Shown here: piece by piece, positions 58,657 to 64,000 of the stretch
How positions within the stretch are numbered: the stretch's first letter is position 1
How the letters are laid out: each line of letters begins with the position of its first letter
Source of the DNA: Turneriella sp.
GTDB taxonomy: Bacteria > Spirochaetota > Leptospiria > Turneriellales > Turneriellaceae
Length of the DNA stretch: 64,000 bases
Direction of reading: 5' to 3'
Assembly (NCBI GenBank): GCA_965279515.1
Contig: CBDIID010000003.1
Coordinates: forward strand, 2,240,001 to 2,304,000
Position numbers and translations under genes: made by a program
Notes under the pieces: model-generated
Seen by the model: only the letters and a program-made list of their open reading frames with translations
Database searches by the model: none
Told to the model about the DNA's origin: nothing

Positions 58657-59847
58657 ATGCAAAAACTCACTTATCTGGTGTTCAGCCTGGTTTTCCCTGC
58701 GTTGTGCGGCTGCCAATCGTGGGGAAAATTTTGGGAAATCGAAGAGCCCGATATTTGCTCGCGTAACCTGACTTACAGCCAGGTTGCTGAAGCGCAGTAC
58801 AGCGATCTCTTTCTCAAATACCTGCGCACGCAACGCGATAAGGGTTCTTCGGCCCAGGCCACCGCGCAATACACAATGACGGGGTTATCCACCTCTACCT
58901 ATAAATGGCTAGGTGGTGTACTGGCACCGAATGGCAAAATTTACGCCATGCCGTTTTACAGTTCTATCGGCCTGATCATCGATCCCGTAACCGGCACAAC
59001 AGACTCCACAACGATTCCCGCCGTTGCGGGCGCCGTTGAAAGAACGGCGGGTGGTGTACTCGCCCCGAACGATAAAATTTACGGTATTCCGACCAGTATA
59101 TCGCCCTCCGTAATTATCGACCCGTCGAACAACTCGCTCTCGTACATCACGAGTGCCGCAGTGGGGCAAAGTTGGCTGGGCGGTGCTGTTGGGCGTAATG
59201 GCAAGATTTATACGACGCCATTCTACGTTGGCACGACGCTGATCATCAATCCGGCGAATAATACCACCAGCACCGTATCTGTCGGCACCGTAAGTCCCCG
59301 CTGGGCTGGCAGCGTTCTTGCGCCTAATGGTAAAATTTATGGCATACCGCTGGGCGAGACGAGTGTGCTCATCACTGACCCTGAAACCGATACGGTAAAT
59401 ACAACGGCGATACCCGTCAGCGCCACCGCAGGCAAATGGGCCGGGGGAGTACTCGCCCCTAACGGCAAGATTTACGGCATTCCCTTAAATGCCACATCCG
59501 TTCTCATCGTCGACCCGGTCAGTAACACGGCCGATACGACATCGATCCCCGTTCCCGCAGGTACAGGAAAATGGTCGGGCGGCGTGCTCGCGCCGAATGG
59601 TAAAATTTACGGCATACCACAGAACCGGAATACCATACTCATTATTGATCCCGAAAAAAATACGGCCGAAGAGATTGCTGCGCCGGGGTGGATTGCCAAC
59701 GCGGATTGGTATGGCGGCGTTCTGGCAGCGAACGGAAAGATTTACGCGATTCCCTCGGCGAGCGACGGCGTGCTGGTCATCGACACCAAATCGAACGGCA
59801 GTTTTTGTTCCGCGGTATTGCAGTCTGCATACCTGAACAAGTTCTAA
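58657..59847 (+). CDS. Lipoprotein with seven GGVLAPNGKIY repeats (probable 7-bladed beta-propeller)
   Basis: Seven ~42-aa repeats W.GGVLAPNGKIY.IP....VL.IDP; signal with LCGC. Confidence 0.85.
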   Translation: MQKLTYLVFSLVFPALCGCQSWGKFWEIEEPDICSRNLTYSQVAEAQYSDLFLKYLRTQRDKGSSAQATAQYTMTGLSTSTYKWLGGVLAPNGKIYAMPFYSSIGLIIDPVTGTTDSTTIPAVAGAVERTAGGVLAPNDKIYGIPTSISPSVIIDPSNNSLSYITSAAVGQSWLGGAVGRNGKIYTTPFYVGTTLIINPANNTTSTVSVGTVSPRWAGSVLAPNGKIYGIPLGETSVLITDPETDTVNTTAIPVSATAGKWAGGVLAPNGKIYGIPLNATSVLIVDPVSNTADTTSIPVPAGTGKWSGGVLAPNGKIYGIPQNRNTILIIDPEKNTAEEIAAPGWIANADWYGGVLAANGKIYAIPSASDGVLVIDTKSNGSFCSAVLQSAYLNKF

Positions 59848-59892
59848 CGCGTCGATTTTTGTCGACGGATCGTTCAGGTTCTCCGAAATGAC

Positions 59893-59940
59893 TGTAGCGA
59901 TCGCTACACATTAGCCAGTAAATTAATTTACTGGCTAATG
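59893..59940. promoter_or_regulatory. Two abutting perfect palindromes (16 bp and 32 bp) upstream of the thiolase
   Basis: TGTAGCGATCGCTACA (59893-59908) and CATTAGCCAGTAAATTAATTTACTGGCTAATG (59909-59940). Confidence 0.6.
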
Positions 59941-59963
59941 AAAGAGGTTATGCGGAGGAATAC

Positions 59964-61145
59964 ATGAGAGAAGTTTACATCATCGGTGCTCACGAAACCG
60001 AACATGGCAGTTTCAAGGATAAGAGTTTCAGGCATTTGATCGCCGACGCAGGCAATAACGCCATCCAGGATGCCGGCATGGACCGCAAAGAGATCCAGGC
60101 GCTCTACCTCGGCAATTATAACGGCAACGGCCTGAATGCGCAGAATACGATGGCTGCCCTCGCTGCCACTTCTCTCGCGATGCCGCATGCGGCGACGCTG
60201 CGTTTTGAAGCGGCCTGCGCCTCGGGCGGTGTCGCCTTTCGCAATGCCATGATCGCCGTCGGTGCGGGTGTTTATGACACCGTGATGGTGATGGGCGTAG
60301 AAAAGATGAACATCCCACCCGACGAATTGCCTTACGAAGACCAGATGAAGGCCGCGCTTTCGGGTGTGGACTATCTCTATGAGGCGGGCCCTGGCATGAA
60401 CGGCTCGACGATGTTTGCGATGTTCGCGCACCGCCACATGCACGAGTTCGGCACGACACGCAAACAGCTCGCACAGGTCGCAGAAAAAAATAAGTACCAC
60501 GGTAGCTTAAACCCCTACGCGTATAAGCAGCGCGAAATACCGCTCGAGAAAATTCTCAAATCACCCATGATTGCAACGCCCTTCAGCGCGCAGGAAGTCT
60601 CGCTGATCACCGACGGCGCGGCCGCTGTGATTATCACAACCAAAGAGCGCGCGAAGGCGCTCGGCAAAAAGAATGCTGTGAAGGTCATGGGTTCGGGCCA
60701 CGGCGGGGCATCCTTCTCTGTGGCGTTTCGGGCGAAACATACCGAATCGGAAGCGACCAAAAACGCGGCGGCCGAGGCCTACAAAATGGCGAACCTGAAA
60801 CCCAGCGACATTTCCGTCGCCGAGTGCCACGACTGTTTTAGCTTCACGGAAATCATGAATGTCGAAGATCTCGGCTTCACCGAAAAGGGCAAAGGCGGAT
60901 TTTTTGCGGCGGAAGGCCATTCGCGCCTGGGTGGCAAATTGCCCATTAACACATCAGGCGGCCTCACCGCCAAAGGACATCCCATCGGTGCAACCGGTGT
61001 CGGCCAGATCGTCGAGATGACCTGGCAATTGCAGGATAAATCAGACAAACGCCAGGTAAAAGATGCAAAGTTTGCGCTGACACACGTGCTCGGCGGCCCC
61101 GCATCGGTTTCAACCGTACATATTCTGGGAAGAGGTGATATATGA
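59964..61145 (+). CDS. Thiolase-family protein (SCP2/archaeal-type)
   Basis: EAACASGG, DGAAA, ECHDCF, NTSGGL..KGHPIGATG. Confidence 0.92.
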   Translation: MREVYIIGAHETEHGSFKDKSFRHLIADAGNNAIQDAGMDRKEIQALYLGNYNGNGLNAQNTMAALAATSLAMPHAATLRFEAACASGGVAFRNAMIAVGAGVYDTVMVMGVEKMNIPPDELPYEDQMKAALSGVDYLYEAGPGMNGSTMFAMFAHRHMHEFGTTRKQLAQVAEKNKYHGSLNPYAYKQREIPLEKILKSPMIATPFSAQEVSLITDGAAAVIITTKERAKALGKKNAVKVMGSGHGGASFSVAFRAKHTESEATKNAAAEAYKMANLKPSDISVAECHDCFSFTEIMNVEDLGFTEKGKGGFFAAEGHSRLGGKLPINTSGGLTAKGHPIGATGVGQIVEMTWQLQDKSDKRQVKDAKFALTHVLGGPASVSTVHILGRGDI

Positions 61146-61474
61146 GTTCAACAATACCTGCTGTAAAATGTAAGGATTGCGGCACGCCGCACCCGAAGGG
61201 TATCGCGGCCTGCCCGGCCTGCGGATCGATGAACCTCGAGGATTATGAAGCGAAAGGCACGGGTGCGATCTATACGTACTCGGTGAATACCTTCGTGCCG
61301 ATGGGTAAACACAAGGCGCGTGCGCCGTATTGTATGGCTGTGGTCGAGACCGACGACAAGATGCGCATCACGGCCATCGTCGAAATGCCCGATGCCAACA
61401 CGGCAAAGATTGGCGATAAGGTGCAGTTCAAGGCTTACGAAGACAAACTGACGCCGGTGTTTTCGAAGATCTAA
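61142..61474 (+). CDS. DUF35 Zn-ribbon/OB-fold acyl-CoA-binding protein
   Basis: CKDC...CPAC zinc ribbon, G.IYTYSV, IGDKV; overlaps the thiolase stop. Confidence 0.9.
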   Translation: MSSTIPAVKCKDCGTPHPKGIAACPACGSMNLEDYEAKGTGAIYTYSVNTFVPMGKHKARAPYCMAVVETDDKMRITAIVEMPDANTAKIGDKVQFKAYEDKLTPVFSKI

Positions 61475-61560
61475 CCCCCCTCGATCCCCCCTTATAGGGG
61501 GGATGCCCTTTGTATCCCCTCCCCTATAAGGGGAGGGGTGGCCGTAGGCCGGGGTGGGGT
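61475..61560. repeat. Composite C/G-rich palindromic repeat between convergent genes
   Basis: Hairpins ATCCCCCCT-TAT-AGGGGGGAT, CCCCTCCCCT-ATA-AGGGGAGGGG and GGCC-GTA-GGCC. Confidence 0.75.
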
Positions 61561-62615
61561 TATCGCAACCCCAACGCCCGCTGGAAAAAATTTACCAGCG
61601 GGTTTTCGAACCTGCCCAGCAATTTCTTCACGGCGAAGACGGCAATAAACGCCGTTGCCACAGTTAACATCCAAATCAATAAGGTCGGCAGACCTGGTAG
61701 CTGCCAGTTCAGAAACCGCAGAATCTGCGGATGTACCAGGTAAACGCTGAACGTCAACCCTGCCAGCGTGGCAATTTTTCCGGAGCCTTGCATCCCCCGC
61801 TCCGCCATTGCATGCAGCAGATAAATCACCGCCAGCGCATAGAGCGCTACGCTCGGCCGGGAGAAATGATTGTAATAATCGACCGGGGTACCCAGCCGCG
61901 AGTAATAGATATAGTCATGGAGCACAAGAACCAGGGCTATAAACACGGCGGTGATTGCTGTGAACATACCCCACGGTGCGGGCGGCGTCTTCGCGTGCAG
62001 AATGCCGAGCATAAAATACGGCAACCAGTAGATGCAGAACGAAGCATGCCAGCCCGGATGCGTTAGGCCAAGATAGCCCAGCGTCCGCTCCGACGTGGTT
62101 TTATAAAGAAATAAAACCACGAACAGGAAGACGATGAGCACGAACAGCCGGAACGCCTTTGCCGATCTCTCATGCAGCCACAACATTAACGGAAAGAGCA
62201 GATAACACTGCAGAAGGATGACCAGAAAGTACAAATGATAATCCCCGCTGCCTTTTCGCAGCGTGTCAATAATGACCCACGGTGTCAGATACTGAGAATT
62301 CAGCGCAAGCCCCCACGCGGAGAAAAAAAGATAAGGAATCAGAATCGTTGCCAGGCGCTTTGTGAGAAAAAAAACATAGTCGGATGCAAAACTTTCGCTC
62401 CGGCGTTTGTCCGAAAGCGCCAAACCATATGCGGAAAGATATAAAAATAGCGGCACGCTGAAGCGCGCCCACTGATTTAACAGCACACTGACAAAATCTG
62501 CAGAGAAAAAATCATGTTTTGCCGCAAAACTGTTCTCTGATGTACTGGTCGCATGAATTCCGACGACGGCGATTGCAGCTATTACCTTGGCGAAGTCAGT
62601 GAGTTCACGGCGCAT
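61560..62615 (-). CDS. Acyltransferase-3 family membrane O-acyltransferase
   Basis: D..K..A..AVVGIH, RFSVPLF..LS, YHLYFL, FSVYLVH. Confidence 0.88.
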   Translation of the reverse strand: MRRELTDFAKVIAAIAVVGIHATSTSENSFAAKHDFFSADFVSVLLNQWARFSVPLFLYLSAYGLALSDKRRSESFASDYVFFLTKRLATILIPYLFFSAWGLALNSQYLTPWVIIDTLRKGSGDYHLYFLVILLQCYLLFPLMLWLHERSAKAFRLFVLIVFLFVVLFLYKTTSERTLGYLGLTHPGWHASFCIYWLPYFMLGILHAKTPPAPWGMFTAITAVFIALVLVLHDYIYYSRLGTPVDYYNHFSRPSVALYALAVIYLLHAMAERGMQGSGKIATLAGLTFSVYLVHPQILRFLNWQLPGLPTLLIWMLTVATAFIAVFAVKKLLGRFENPLVNFFQRALGLR

Positions 62616-62757
62616 TGCAGACATTATAAGGATAGGAAACTTTTTCGGAAATAAAAAGTAAACGGTTGTTTGGAATTATTTTTCGTTATGTCGCATTGTT
62701 TGTCTGTTTTTTCTACTAAACGTTTGACATGTGCGGTGGCTGATTAGTATGCTCTTC

Positions 62758-64000
62758 GTGCAGCAGCGAATATTTTTTCTCATCATCTTTTTCTTTTCCT
62801 CTTCTGGTTTTTTATTCTCCGCCGATTACGATTTTAATATCGATGAGAATACGGCGCCGGCAAAGCCCGACAAAAAAAATAAAAAGAATAAAACTGAAGT
62901 ACGCCGCGAAGAATCGGACCCTGACGCTGCGAAAACTCCACTGACAAAACCCACAAAAAAAGATGCAGTCTCAAGCGCCGACGTCTTCGAGCTCTTTAAG
63001 GGCGAGCAGAAAGTTGCGATCGTGTCCAAAAAAGAAGAGCGCGTACAGGACGCCCCCGCGACAATTTATGTTGTAGGCGAAAAAGAGATAAAAGAACGCG
63101 GGTATTTGTTTTTGCACGACCTGCTGCGCGATGTTCCAGGGTTTGATTTTACCAACGATCTCGGTACCTACGGCATGATGGCGATGCAGCGGGGCGTCGA
63201 TTCTCCGGAGAATAATAAGACGCTGATCTTTATCGACGGAATTTCAACAAACAACCCCTCGCAGGGGGTGAGTTATATGTCTTATCAATTCGCACTCCAC
63301 AACGTAAAGCGGGTCGAGATTCTTTGGGGGCCGGCTTCAGCGCTCTACGGAGCGAACGCCTTTTCGGGTATCATCAACATCGTAACCAAGACCGCAGATG
63401 ATCTGGAGGCCGAAGGAAAACTTGGGCATGTCAGTGCCGGAACAGTTATTCCACGCCTCTCGCAATCGGCAACTCCGGCAGGTATGTATTTTGACTTTCT
63501 GGCGGGCGGAAGAATGTGGGAGGATGAAAACGCGGGAAAAATTACCGTTTCAGGACATTATATCCGATCGGATACCGGCCCTGAGTATGGTCGGCATTAC
63601 GATCCGGCGAAGGGAGCAAAAACCAATGCAGAATATTCTGTTCCCAGTGGCGGAACAATGCCCATATTGGGAGACTATAGTGCGCAGATTCGCTTTGATT
63701 ACAAAGGATTAACCGTCGGGGCACGGGCATGGTATATCATGTCTAAGCAGGGGGGATTCGCAAATTACAACGCGAGCGCCGTAGAACTGGCGTATTGGGG
63801 GTTTCAGGGTCAGGATGTCTATGCGAAATATAATCACAAATTCAATCAGACCTTCTCTACATTCTCCCAAGTCAGTTTCCGTGCGAGCCAGCTACCCGAG
63901 GGTGAATATGGTAAGCGCGTTGTGGATGCCGATAGAGATTGTACGATAGCGGGGGCGGCCACGACTTGTTCCCCTGCGACCTCAGCGGGAAATCCCAGCA
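62758..64000 (+). CDS. TonB-dependent receptor (partial; runs off the window)
   Basis: Manual translation gives a signal peptide then plug motifs DAPATIYVV, LRDVPG, IFIDG, RVEILWGPASALYGANAFSGIINIVTK; in-frame ATG also at 62749. Confidence 0.9.
   Translation, partial: MQQRIFFLIIFFFSSSGFLFSADYDFNIDENTAPAKPDKKNKKNKTEVRREESDPDAAKTPLTKPTKKDAVSSADVFELFKGEQKVAIVSKKEERVQDAPATIYVVGEKEIKERGYLFLHDLLRDVPGFDFTNDLGTYGMMAMQRGVDSPENNKTLIFIDGISTNNPSQGVSYMSYQFALHNVKRVEILWGPASALYGANAFSGIINIVTKTADDLEAEGKLGHVSAGTVIPRLSQSATPAGMYFDFLAGGRMWEDENAGKITVSGHYIRSDTGPEYGRHYDPAKGAKTNAEYSVPSGGTMPILGDYSAQIRFDYKGLTVGARAWYIMSKQGGFANYNASAVELAYWGFQGQDVYAKYNHKFNQTFSTFSQVSFRASQLPEGEYGKRVVDADRDCTIAGAATTCSPATSAGNPS

Noticed and set aside
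58900..59760. Regularly spaced DNA repeats resembling a CRISPR array
   Set aside because: They are in-frame coding repeats with wobble variation, and no cas genes are present
62670..62692. Possible Fur box upstream of the TonB-dependent receptor
   Set aside because: Only about 10/19 match to consensus in an AT-rich region

Overview
Gene-dense bacterial chromosomal window of moderate GC. Gene content and lipoprotein style suggest a spirochaete of the Leptospiraceae (Turneriella/Leptospira-like); this is inference only. No rRNA, tRNA, CRISPR array, prophage or IS was recognised. Main blocks: lipid/envelope genes; a stand-alone rpmA; a class III adenylate cyclase; a beta-barrel porin with a sigma-54-type promoter; a heavy-metal RND efflux locus (TolC-like, small beta-barrel, MFP and two tandem CzcA/CusA paralogues); a PAS-kinase/NarL two-component system; a long + strand run (transaldolase, ParA, 2518-aa PD40/TPR lipoprotein, GAF-PP2C phosphatase, RsbW/RsbV-like pair, FliG-like, acylphosphatase, waaA, clpP-clpX-lon); a Baeyer-Villiger-type monooxygenase; a thiolase/DUF35 pair; and a partial TonB-dependent receptor. 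Best candidate for a new system: two homologous ~147-aa signal-peptide-bearing leader ORFs ending in SRYPIPPP, one before tolC and one before the second czcA. In each, the codons of that motif are complementary to the ribosome-binding site of the next gene, suggesting ribosome-arrest-driven translational attenuation of metal efflux. Other notable points: ClpP has Asn in place of catalytic Ser98; many genes look leaderless, with a -35 hexamer 33-34 nt before the start codon; a palindromic repeat family has one copy in frame inside a CDS; and perfect 16-bp and 32-bp palindromes abut upstream of the thiolase.
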